From: Klebsormidium nitens
Lineage: Eukaryota; Plantae; Klebsormidiophyceae
Direction: 5' to 3'
Assembly: GCA_000708835.1 (NCBI GenBank)
Contig: DF237098.1
Coordinates: 54,133 to 118,132, forward strand
Length of the DNA stretch: 64,000 nt
The first letter of the stretch is position 1. Each line of letters opens with the position of its first letter. The notes beneath the pieces were generated by a model. The model did no database searches and had not been told where the DNA came from. It saw only the letters and a program-made list of their open reading frames with translations. A program made the translations under genes and the position numbers. Shown in pieces: positions 14,501-26,500 of this stretch.

Positions 14501-14862
14501 TGGCTTTTGACGCGCGCACGTGCCCGTTGGATTGAAGCTGGGAACTAGTCAACTTCGATACAGAGTCACTCGGGCACTTCGTCACACGATCAATTGTTCA
14601 GCCCATTATCCGGACGTCGAATGTCTGCCTGACACACACGCTTCTTTCTTCTCGTAGGGACCGCGACGACGCGAAGGCGGCCGCACGCCTCGCGGCCGGC
14701 GAGGGCGCCCCCTCCACGGAGTTTGCGGAAAAGGCTTCGCTGCTCGCGCAAGACGAGGAGATGGCGCTCCTCGCGACTACGCCCAAGCTGGCCAGCGCGC
14801 AAGGGACGGTGCCCCGGTCACGGCGGCAATCGACTGTACAACCGCTCACAATACAGTCTTGA
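8576..14862 (+). CDS. Major facilitator superfamily transporter, plant UNE2/Spinster-like type, 10 exons
   Basis: Exons join in phase: MGLTSARPSEGG...ISDQLLPSVLHEVAESFDVTPTELGGVQ / AFASLIAAYLVSMKVNRARIVGMG...LAPALVVPAVQSIIA / DSYTETERGKAFGLF / GGFEGWRAAFCIM / KTFRAIVLQGVVGSYPWQ / AMAFLTMWLELVGFSHEQSA...GDLAARKLPNTGRIICSQIS / WNSAATNSPIFSEIVPARLRTTIYAT / DRMLETILSSFGPYGVGLVAEHVYGY / ALADALFMNIA...YTWLYWTYPK / DRDDAKAA... TGA at 14860-14862. Confidence 0.9.
11565..11591. repeat. (GCCT)n microsatellite in an MFS intron
   Basis: gcctgcctgcctgcctgcctgcctgcct visible directly. Confidence 0.85.
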
Positions 14863-17353
14863 TTCTTCGTTGAATTCGCAATGCTTCGAGGGTGATTGGA
14901 TCGGATAGCCAGTGTCGAAAAGCCTGCAAATATTGTGCGGAACCGTTGGGGAATCACGTCACGTTTTGGCCGATAAAGGAGAGCGACTGGTGGGTGAGAT
15001 CCTGGCAACAGATGATTGGTAGAAGCCGAGGGGAAATTGATACACCATTTTGAACCAGTTTGGGAACCGTGTAATCTAGAGCACATAAACTCTACGTCCG
15101 CGCGCACGCCAACTTGAGTAAATAGCCTCCGTTCTTGAGAACCTACTTGATTAGAAGGCTCGCCTTTGTCCACAGAAACCTCCACAAAACAGAATTGTGC
15201 ATAGATTGAGTAAGGACAGCCAGCAATTGTCCTACATCTTTGTTCGTTAGCCAGCTAGGGTCTTGCAATAAATTCTTGTCGATCTTGCGGGGCCGAGATC
15301 CGACACGCGTGAGCTGGAAGCAACATCGGCAGTGTCCTTCGTTCAATACATGTTTCTTGGAATCAAGCCTAGGGGGCCGCAACTTGTTCTTACAAGTTTC
15401 TAAAGAACGGAAATCTTGAACCAGCCAGAACGGCGATCGAGCTTATCTTGGTGTCTTACTAGGCCAACTGGCCCGGCCTGAAAACAAAAATACCGTCGTC
15501 ACAACAAGTTCGCCGAAGGGCATGACATCATGTAGGCAGTTATAAGTTCGCATTGGATGAGTGTCGGACAATTGAATTCCGTATATGGTATAAGCCTGCA
15601 CAGCTAGCCTAGTGAGAGCGTACGTTTCAAACTTGTACTGCCAGCATATATGCAGAACATGCCAGGTACTCATCATGTCATCTCGTGGTCGGCCTGGACA
15701 AGCAATTACATCAGCGAGCAGAATTAATCATTCGAAGCGGCTTGAGTTGCAGTGCTAGCTTTTGCATTCTGAAGTTCAATCATCCAGATCGACATTTGCC
15801 AGAAAGTTGCTCTTTGAGTCAGCTGAGCATGCTGATATTTAATTGGTAATCCAATGATTGAAATTCCTGGTAACATGAATTAGCATACGATCATTGCTGC
15901 GCCACCATCCCGAAATGCGACGATAGATTCATTAGTAAGACTGTTAACTATATACAAGACTGGAGTGCATAATGATATGTGCGGCCCATGTGTGTATATA
16001 AGAATTGAAAGCCATTGGAGGGCCACCGCTCATGCAATGGATCCACAACGCAACGTAGTGGCAACTTTGCACTGCGGCATCTTGCTTGCACACATGCATT
16101 CATGACTAAAGACGTCAAGCTGCTTCACGTTGGCATCACCGTTTAGCTTGAATGATAGTAAGATGGACTTAACCCAACCATGCAATGACAAGATTGCGAA
16201 CGCAGCCTACCAAGGCGGCCGCGCACCTCACTGACTGAGGCAGCCTATACTCGGCCGGCTCGTGATTGAACCAGGATTGTATATCTAAATGCTTGTGGAC
16301 CAATTGTGCTGTCAGACGCAGTACTTATCATGAAACCATGTTGTGCTAAAAAGAAAGATTCCACCAACGATGACACGAATTTCGCAACAGACTAACTTGA
16401 AAACGAATCTTGGGCATCCTTTATTTAGATGTAAGCGCTCGTTGCTCACAACTTGTGTACCAAAGCTTTCCTTGTTGCTTGAATCTGCAGAAATCGTGAT
16501 ATTGCCTAGAACCTCCAAAGACTCTATGCGTACGTTTGCCTTGACCTTGTCAGAAACCTAGACCTTGACCGAGAATAAATTAAGCTGTGCGCTTATAAGC
16601 AACGGATGCTGGTCCTTTTCAGCTTGTACGAAAACTGGATAGGGACACCGGCACACGATGAATGCGATTTGACTCCAAGCGGCTCTTGTAATCTATCTTT
16701 TATGCGTGAAATGCTTTGAAAATTGGAAAGGCAGTCACCTTCGCAGTCTCACAGCCTATTTCCCAAAGAATGGCTGACCATAACGGGACGCGTTCAAAAT
16801 CCCCTGATAATCAATCGGACCGGTTGTTGGCAGAGGTTCAAGTTGAATCGCGTGCCACACTTTTTCAGAACCTTGTTTGATAAGGCTCGCTGGAGCCTGC
16901 AGATTGGAAAAGCGGAGAAGTTCAGATTTTGAATGCGAAGTCCGCCAAGAACATTCGTTTTCGATTCAGCGGACTGAACGATGTCACCCTCGCAACTGTT
17001 GCAAACGAAATAAACGCTGTAAGGAGAGTCGAATCTGCTCCGTTCACCAGATATGGTCAGTGCCTACGAGGTCAATTCAGGGCTCGTTCAAAAGCGATAA
17101 TGAGGCGGCGATGTGACGTGGTTAGGAGGGTGCGAAAGGGATGTAATGGAATTGGCAGAATTGTGGGAAGCAGACGTATTATTATCTCGTCTTATTTTGT
17201 TTTTTCTTGAGTTCAATGAGTTGAATGCCTTCGCCAAATGATGTGATTGCGCAATCAAGTCGTACGGCACAGAATCGGTTGTAAGTCCCATATTGAACGA
17301 AATCACCTAGTACGAAAAGTTACTCGAAGGTCGCGACCTTTGGCTTGCTGACG

Positions 17354-20300
17354 TCAGCAGCCATCCACGTGAGACGCTGGGGCCGCGCCTACGAAGGCAG
17401 AAACGCTCGCGCCGGCGAAACCACCCGTCGAAAACGTCCCCCAACGAAAAAGGACAAAAAAAAGGAACGCCATGTTAGATAAACTTGTGCATTCTTGACA
17501 ATCTCCAACAAGCGGCTCGAGGCCGCCTGACAAAGGGATGGCAATAGGAGCGTTGCTGAGGTCAGCACTTACGGGGGATGCATGTGCCACTGTTGAAGAG
17601 GAAGCCGTTTGAGCAGATGCAAGTGTAGGAGTAGGATCCGGACGGGTTCGGCGTGCAGACGCCGCCTGCGCCGCAGGGGCTGGAAGCGCAGCCTGTGAGC
17701 AAGGGTCGGTTAGTCAATCTGTTAACCCGATTGCGACTTATTTTTGCATTTGGCGAATTTGAAGATCAGGGGTAGGCGTGCACATGCCGCCACACCGGCA
17801 CAGGGGCTGGAAGCGCAGCGCTCCTGTGGACGACGTTTGACTAGTTGGTTAGTTGTTGGGTTTATTTTTTTGCAAGCAGACCGGGTTACTACCTTGTTTT
17901 TTGCGCAAACCCAGGGTTCTGGGGCATCAGGGTCAAGCTAACGTGGCTAGACGTAGAGCTCGTGGACAGCAGAGCTGGTATGTGTTGATTCAGGTTCGTG
18001 CAGGGTTCTGATTCATATTAATTCGAGACGTGAGCAACTACTTTGCTTGCTCAGCAGCAAAGAGGCTGGAAGAGGCCTACAGAAAACAACCCGATTGTGA
18101 AAGTCTTGCCAGGGTTTTTGAAACTCGTCCCTCAACCCGGACAGAAGTAGTTGAAGAAGATTGGAAAAGTCCATTCCCGTTCTTTCGTTGGTGTTTCAGT
18201 AAACAGTATGCCTGAACGTGCCTGCACTGCCTTCTCCAATCACCATGTTCTCCAACTCGAAGAGAAGGTGGTACGAATGTGTTGGAAAGGAAGGAACATA
18301 TGAAGCAAAAGAGAGCTGGAAATGAAGAATACAGAAACTATGCTTAGGACTCGCTAAAAGCTGAAGAAATGATGACCAATTTCTCGTCTCAGTACTAAGC
18401 GGACATGCTATGCTTGCTTGCGTCAAGGCCGCAACAGTCCCTTGTCTTTTTCCTCCTTTGTTCTGTGGAGTAAAAGCAAATTCATTTGTGTCGCCACCAA
18501 GACGATGATGTCTCACCAGCGGAGGAGCAGTAAGCCTGGACCGCTGCGAGACCGCCCGGGGGGATCAACACTGAGCTGATTCCGTGGACCACGTAGGCCC
18601 CCGCCAGCTGAGCGGTGTCAGGATCAATGACAGGGACACCGTTCACTGCAGGCGGAAGCAAGGGGTCAGTCCGAAATTGACTCAGCCAGATCGGTGGTCG
18701 CTGACAGTGCAGACTACTTTTCTGGTTGCTGAAAGATGCAGCAAGACGTGCCCTGCTGAGCAATGCAACGGGCACTTTCACCAGCCAATGCAGATGGGGA
18801 AAGATAACCAATTGGAAGCAGTGAACCAAGACGGTCACCGTTGATCTCCAAGCAGATATTGGGAGTGGGTGTAACTCCAGCTTGGCTCAGCTTCCTTCTC
18901 GATCCCAAGATTGTTAAGCATCAAGTATGATGATATTGTGTCCAACCAATACAGTAACACAAATCCGAAAGTCTACTTGATCTGCACCCATCCACACCCT
19001 TAGGCCCCAGGCTAGCCCCAGCAGTCTAGGCGATATGCCCCTCAGATTTCCATTTTGATCCTTCCACTACAGGCTACAGGTTACAGAGCTGATCTGCCTA
19101 ATCATTGTTGCCCATCAAATTATATACAAGCACGTAAATCTGGGCGTGAGTCTATTTTGGGGAGTCTCCGTTGGTCAAGTGATCTGGCTTAGATGCTAAG
19201 GACAGATTTGTTGCAAAGGTCAAATACAAGTGGTATACGGTCACGACAGACCCGATCGACTGCAAAAGTACCATCAGACAGGATTCTGGTGAACCTGGTT
19301 ATCTCTATGGAACAAGTGGGGATTGCAGATTGTCAACTGACGGTGCATGCACGTTGGCCCTTAGCTTCAGGATCGAAGGCTTGAATACTTTGGCACTGGA
19401 ACAGTGGTGTCAATTGAAAGACTAACACTTATCAAGTGATTGATGCCATGAGTGTCAGGCTCTTACCAAACACTGAGGTTCCGGTCTTTGTGAGGTTGAG
19501 CAGGGCGCCGTTGACTGAGGGCACGCTCTGAGGAAAGACACAGAGATCTGTTAGGATGTACAATGCACTGACTGTAAGCAGATGGCGACACTGTTTTTAG
19601 GCTGGACAGATGAGATTCTCTCGAACCCTCTGAGTGTCAAGCATGCAGCAAAGCTTGTTTGAGACTGCCAGCTTTTTGTTGGCCGCGGGCTGAATTAAGT
19701 CACCCTTGAATGGAGTCACCCTTCTGAACTCAAATTTTGGTGCAGTCCCCCATGCAGTGGCTTATCCAGAGCAACAAGGAGTTGGAAATGGTCTGGAGAG
19801 ATGACTGGAGGTTCAGAAAACGTAAGAGGGCTACTCATCAAGCGCCAAACTACGCGCCTGCACTGGGCCATGAATGAGGGCCCAGCAACTAGGTTCCATG
19901 CCCTCTTTTGTTGCAAGATGTGTCCATTGGCTTGTACGAGAAGAGCCAGGTGCAAAACAGTCTTTGCATTCTTCCAGGGGCCAACGCCAGGGGCCAATTC
20001 TTGGTATCAAACAGCAACCGAGGGTGAAAGATGCACTTGGTGCAAGGTGGTGGATAGAGCCACTTAACTGCACCACCTAATGAGGAGGATACGCAATCAG
20101 AGTCTTGAGCTTTTGATCCATTCACAGGGGGACCCCCCTCGCTTCCCTCTGCCCCCACTTTACCCATCTACTTTCGCGCCCTGAGCTCCATAACCAAAGG
20201 TCGGTGGGCTGCTTAATCTTGCTCCACCTAACCCAAACATCAAACAGTGTGCATGTCAGAACACATTGATTTGAGACTCTAGTCAACATACCCAGCTCAT

Positions 20301-20707
20301 TCAACATGTGGCGTTCAGCAACTTACCACGGGGGCAGCTGCCAGGATGGTAGTGGCGTTGAACGCGCCCTGGATCACGTGGTAGCGCAGGACCGCGCTCA
20401 GGAGGGTTAACCCGGGCTGGTTAGCCAAGCAGTTAATGACGGCAGCTCCCAGGTTACCGAACGCCTCGTTCGTGGGCGCCAGGATCGTGACGCCGGTCGT
20501 GTTGGCCAGCATCGCGATGGGCATGGACAGGTTGGCAACGCCAATGGCAGTCGACACGGCGCCGTAGGTCTCGTCAGTCTCCAGGCTTGCTCGAAGAGCG
20601 AGGAGCGAGTTGTAGGCGTTGGTTCCCTGCCCTACGCAGGGCTGGGCGCTGAGGAGGGAGATGATGGCGAGGGCAAAGCCTAATGTGGTCATGCTGAGGC
20701 GCGCCAT
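17354..20707 (-). CDS. Secreted fasciclin (FAS1) domain protein with a C-terminal EGF-like module; exons ~20707-20327, ~19529-19466, ~18645-18515, 17692-17573, possible short last exon ending 17354
   Basis: Signal peptide MARLSMTTLGFALAIISLLSAQPCVG; FAS1 motifs TILAPTNEAF, VLRYHVIQG and YVVHGISSVLIP; next exon GCASSPCGAGGVCTPNPSGSYSYTCICSNGFLFNSGTCIP. The C-terminus is uncertain: read-through gives CIPRKC* (stop 17562), and splicing gives RAAPASHVDGC* (stop 17354). Confidence 0.85.
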
Positions 20708-23519
20708 TGCGTTGATTAGCGAAGTGCGTTGGGCATGTGTGATTAGCTGTTTTGAATATGATGCAGGGCGAGATCAGTCCGGAACTATTGATTCTCCTTG
20801 TTCAAAGTTTCCAGCTATGAGAGGTGTTGAGTTCCAGGTCAACAATGTATGGATGATGGAGGATGGTCTACATTTGATTCAGAAGACCAGTGTAATCGGG
20901 TTGCACAAGGTTGCTTTGATCTCAGCTCGCAGCTTATCCTGAGTCCTGACTACGTAGTTGAATGGCCCAGCATGGCACTACGCGTATACCTACGGTATAT
21001 ATGTTGCCATCACAATGGTAATGCGGGGTGCTGATCCCAACGGCTCGATGCCGCCATGGTCAATGCGGCACTGCACTAGGACTGGCCGTTCTGTGCAAGC
21101 CTGTAATTACCGGTAATAAGCTAGCAGCAGAAGTGGCAGAACTCAATACGAGCTGGTCCCTGCCACTGGCCAGGCTGGGGGACTCCTCAAGCCTCAACAA
21201 GCGCGGCGCTGCCGCAAGGGCGGCTGCCGCCAGAGTTTAGAGGGCCTGTATTTATTTGGTTTTATCATACGACTTAGAAAGCTTTAACCGAACAATCTGA
21301 ACCAATAGGTACTTTGCCCCGCAAATGCCTGCATGTGCCCATTGGCATCTTGAACCCCTTTCCTAACCCATGTACCGTGTTCCAAGGAATTAAATCACGC
21401 TATAGCAGCTACGTATTTAATACAGTATTTAGTACAGTATTACATCATGCGATGCATTCTGCACTTAATGCACTGTCAGGTTAGGGAGCTCCCCGAGACG
21501 TCCGATCACGTAAGGCTACTTTCATTGCCGTCGATACAGGATTCTGTAGATGCCAAGCGTCTGCGAGTGCAACGTGGCTATACAAAAAGCCAGGTATCGG
21601 GAGTCGGAGTTCGAACCGTTTGTTCCGTACGGAGATTCCAATTTCTAGTTGAACCTGGACGGACGGTCCGATGTCTTCTCCCTTATCCCGACGGTCAGGA
21701 TAAGCCGAGTTGCGTCATCGTACATGCAGCGTGGTTGGTCAGTTACAAACTTCTCTTATCACAGGTATCCTGTAGACGTGTACTTCTGAGGGTAAATTCA
21801 GGAAGGTGTCAAGTGGTTTAGACCTCTGCTTATGATACAAATCTTATATGCAGAGTGGCATGATTTCACGTTTAGAAGGTTGACCGATACCTTCGCTCTC
21901 TTAAACCTTACGTGCTGGAGGGCAACGCAAAAAGCCGCGCATTTGGCTAGGGACAAACAGAACAGTCTTGCTCCACCAGGTGCAGATATGAATCGCATGA
22001 CAGTGCGATCCAACTTTCAGAATGCAGCGGGTCAGAGGGCAACCCTTGCAGGAAACCTGCTACAACGATAACTGGATAACCCATACATAGCGCATGCTGG
22101 CCAATGTACTTGGTCTATGGAGACTGTGACTTCTCATTTTCCGCTGAACTTGTAGGACGTCTAAGGTTGAGACTTGCAAACTTACAGACTCTACTGAAGG
22201 TAAGCCATGGGTGTAACTCTGCGTCATAAAATTAATGCAGGTACATGTACGTCTAATCAATTCAAGACTCGAGTGAGTCTTAGTGGGAGCTTCACTCGAG
22301 CTCCACACACTTTCTTTTAGCTCTAGAAGCCAACAGTAGCTGGCCCCCTATTGCCAACAGCGTAGCCAGGGCCCGGAGCGAGGTGAAGCTGTGAATCAAT
22401 GCCAGCAGCTGGCTGCCAAACGAGTTGCTGAGGGTTTTACGGGGTGAGGTTTCTGTTCACACCCTTTGCGCCAGCCAGCGAGCTCCTGCTTCCTTTTCTG
22501 TCTCTTTGAGGTGCGACTCAGCTCTAACAGCGACCACAGTGGAAATCTGCATGAAGCGGCGCCTGGTCTGTGAAAGCTCTACTGAGCTCTGGCTCTTTTG
22601 AGCTCTGGCTCTGAGCTCATCCGAATGCTGGGCATCCCTTTTTCAAATTCAAAGTCCTACAGACATGGATGACGTTTGAATTGATGCAGAGGGCTGCCTT
22701 TGCTTTCTAGAGCTGGTATAGTATTTTCTTTGTCAAAGAAGTGGTCACCATGAACAAATAGCTGGGGAGATGAAATAATCGCCGGAGATCACAGCCAACG
22801 ATTTTCAAATTGCTCAGCTTTATGCATACACTGGCAATTCAAGACCAACCCTAGACACTGCAACTTTACAAGGAGCTCCAAAGCTCACTGCATAAGCTGC
22901 ACGACTGAATAGGTTGCCAGCAGTAACATGTGCCTAGGTTGCTTCTTTGTCCTGTGGCGAGACTTTGGCAGTGAGCAGGAAACTTGCATGCTACAGCTCA
23001 AAGATGGCTGACGGTGCCTAAACACTGGCAGGGTTCGGTGTGCAGAGCACAGACAATACGTAACTCAATGTTGTCACCACTCTTTTGCCTGTTGCGCTGT
23101 CTTTTGACAGGGCTTCAAGGCATCCCTTGTTCACCAGATTTCTTTCTACGCATTCAATCCAGTTCAGCTCTATCAATGTCAAAATGCTGGAAGCGGGATG
23201 CACACATAAAGTCCATTTGTATCGGCCACATAAGGCACAGCTGATTTGAGCTGCGAATATTGGGCCAGCCACTAAGTTCAAAGTTCACTCAACAGCCTTT
23301 TGCAAAGTTTGCAAGAAACCCTTGCCTTACACAGTGGCTTTGCAGAGCCACGTCCATGGAGCCATTCGAGCAGTCAAAAGCCACAAACCACAGTAGGTGA
23401 CCTGCAGTACCAATGATACAGCTCCCGTGCTTCAACAGTGACCAAAAAAACGCTTCTCAAACGAGAGAGTTTGCCTGTATTTACAGGTGCGATAAACTGT
23501 GACCACCCCGCCATCTTCA

Positions 23520-26500
23520 ATGGCAGCCTACCTGTTCGCTGCGTATCAGCGCAAGCGAGGCCCCACTCTCGTTCTCTGCTTCGCCCTAGTTTTCGTCTCG
23601 TTCTTGCTCCTCTACAACTCGCCAATCGCTCGCTTCTCTTCGGCAAAACCAGGCCCACGAAGCGTGCTCAGAAGCAGCATTCTGAGGTCTGCCTGGAAAC
23701 CAGCTTTGACTGAAAAGAGTGCAAACTCTCTGTGGGGGGGATGGAACGAGAAGAAACTAGAGAGGGAAGCCGTTCCCGAGAATGAGCAAGGGGATCCGCT
23801 AGAAGCACTTGTGGACGAAGATAGGGACGTGGAAGCGGGGCGGCAACTAGCATGGGGGAACGGCGAAAGTGATGGGTATGGGGCTAGGGCGGACAAGGAT
23901 GAGAGAGCATCGCAGCGCGGGTTTCAAGTGATATGGGGCCTTGGCAAGAGTCGGTTGGTAGCTACTGGAAAGAATGGGGAAGAAGGAGCACAATCTGGAG
24001 ACGAGGAGTCGGGGCAAGGCCAGGGGTTTTTGGAAGAACGAGAAGAGTCTGGAGATAACCCAGGGTTAGGGATGCGGGTTAACGAGCACAAAGACGAGTC
24101 TACAAAGAGATGGTCGCAAAGCTTGTCAGCTCAGGACATCGAAGGTAAAAGTGCTGAGGCAGTGAGAAGGGATAATGAGGAACTCGTTGACGCGGCTGGA
24201 GAACTAGAGCGGGGCGAAATTCAGGATGCGAGTACGATGAGGCCGACGTGGCAGGTAGACAGCGAAGACACGATAGATTTGGGACTTGGCATTGGGAAGG
24301 GGGAATCTGTGGACGGAAGCGGAGTTACGGTACTTCAGAAAGAAACGGAGGTTGAGGAGAACGAAAGTATCGAGGGAAGGACCAGAACCGAGGAAGAAGG
24401 AAAGGAGGGAAGCGGAACGAACGGAAAGGGAGAAGAGAAAAATGAGATGGAGGAAGCGAGTGAGGCGGATGGTGCAGATCCAGAAGCGAAGAAGGAAGAA
24501 AGCAATTCACAGCTGACGGAAGTAAAGGCTACCGAGGGCGAAAGCGAAGTAGTCAGCAGAGAGGGAAAAACAGAGGGTTTGGCAGCCGTATCTTTCCTAG
24601 CAGAAGAGAGTGACTCTGAGGCGACTGTGCGTAAGGAAGGCGAAGCAGAATCTGGTATGGAGGAAGTAAAAGGGGAAGAACGTGCGAACCCGGAGGAGGG
24701 GGCAACAGAATCCAAGTTGGAAAGCGGGGCAAAAACTGAAGGGGCTGTTTTATTGGAGACGGAAATTGAGGGCAGCGCAATTGAAGATGAAGCTTTGCAA
24801 CTAGGGGGTGCTTCCGAGTCAGCAGAAGAGGGGGGTCCAGAAACTGCAGAGGAGACGCAAACACCTTCGCCCCAGCAGATTGGTTTTCCACCTCTAGTTA
24901 CCGAGCCCCTCCCCAGATTTTTGCTGGTGCTTCCCTCGAAGCTGGACGAGTGTCACCGGGCAGTCATTACGCTGATCCTCCAGTCTACTTCTACGGACTC
25001 TGCGGCAGATGCCGGAAGCGGAAACGGAAACGGAAACCGGAACGGCGGCGCCGGAAGGGACCTGCAAACACCCCCGACAGTAACGCTGATCGGCGCCGAC
25101 CCCGACCAAAATCATTACGAAGTCTACCCGTTCAAAAAGTGGCACACTCTACTCTGTCCCATTATGAATTGGTCCGACTGCGGAAGCGAGACGGCGCCTC
25201 CCCCCCGAAAGTGGGAGCGCCAGCTGGGGGTCACTTTTCAGGGACAAAGCGACCCCCCCAGATGGGAGGCGGAGTTCTTTCCGGACGTGTCAGCGCTCTC
25301 GTACGAAATATCGGTCTCCGGCGTCGAAGTTGTTTCCGTTCGCTTAGATAACGGAACGGTGGCAACGGAAATGGGCCCGGAACACACTTCAAACGATGGG
25401 GCAAGTTTGACTGTAGCGGAAGAGCAGGGAGAGGCGGAAAGGGGAAAGGCTCTGCAAACCGATTCCGGTTCTGTTCAGAGGTTTCGGTTGCCTACGCCGT
25501 CCGTGCAGATCTGGGAGGCGGAAGGAACCTGCCGGCAGCCTTGGAACCGGTCGCGAACCGGTGAGAAATGAATCTCCTGGCAGAATCTCTTCTTGTTCTT
25601 GCCAAATTCTTTGCGCTATCTTCCTCTTTTGTACAACGTCTGCACCCGTGAAAGTTCTCGTAGCTACTCTTTTTGGCCCGAAACAAAGCCTTTGACAGCT
25701 TGACAAGTATAACTCCTTTTCGAATGATACATTATTGTGAGGACTTAAAAAGTAGTACTCTAAGCTGTCCTGGAAACTTCCCCAAATACAAATTGGACGA
25801 AGGAAAGTCAAGATCTGACTATCGCAGCGAAAGTCAAGAAAAGCCCTTTCTCCCAGAGCTCTTCTAACTTATGCTTGAACTGTAGACTTTCTCAACTAAA
25901 TCTACTGTCAGAAAACTAAAAAAAATCCTCGAACTCCTCTGCAGGTTGCCAGCCGCTGCTCAACAAAGTGGAGATCCCCCGGGCGCAGGACTTCAAGTTG
26001 ATCAGGTTAGACGGGGAGTCGGAGGTTCGTACCGGGGAAGACTGGAGCATCGGGGTAAGTCAAGCAGACCCTTCCGCCGGTGGAGTTTGCCGGTCAGAAT
26101 GAGGCCCTTCAAACGTCGTTTGATTCTTCAGAGATGGTTTTACAAACAGCAATTGATGGAAAGCTGGCAGGCTAGGTAATTGGGCTGTCAATACATTGCT
26201 TACATTTGGTCAACACTTTTTGGACGCAGACCTCTCACTGTTACTCTTCTTAGCGTCGGGATCAGCCGTATGGGCACTTATAGAACTCAAAGCTGGTCAG
26301 ATGTATAAACATCGTCGCAACATCCAAAAACACTTACGGCAAGAAGTCACCGATGGTTTGTCAGACTATTCTCCTGCTTCCGTTGCAGGCTGGTGACACG
26401 GTATCATTCCTCGTGCGCCCCATTCCAGACGTTGGAAGCATTCCGCTGCCGCGTATCAGGGACGGATTCCGATCCGCTTCCTTCAATGCAATTCTGGAGA

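Noticed and set aside
15400-16320. CATG/TGCA-rich intergenic tracts (also ~21000-21450 and ~31100-32100) as one repeat family
   Set aside because: Similar composition only; I could not find alignable sequence or terminal repeats by eye.
23612-25351. Antisense and alternate-frame ORFs over the NXPE-like acidic exon
   Set aside because: Shadow frames of a low-complexity, purine-rich coding exon.
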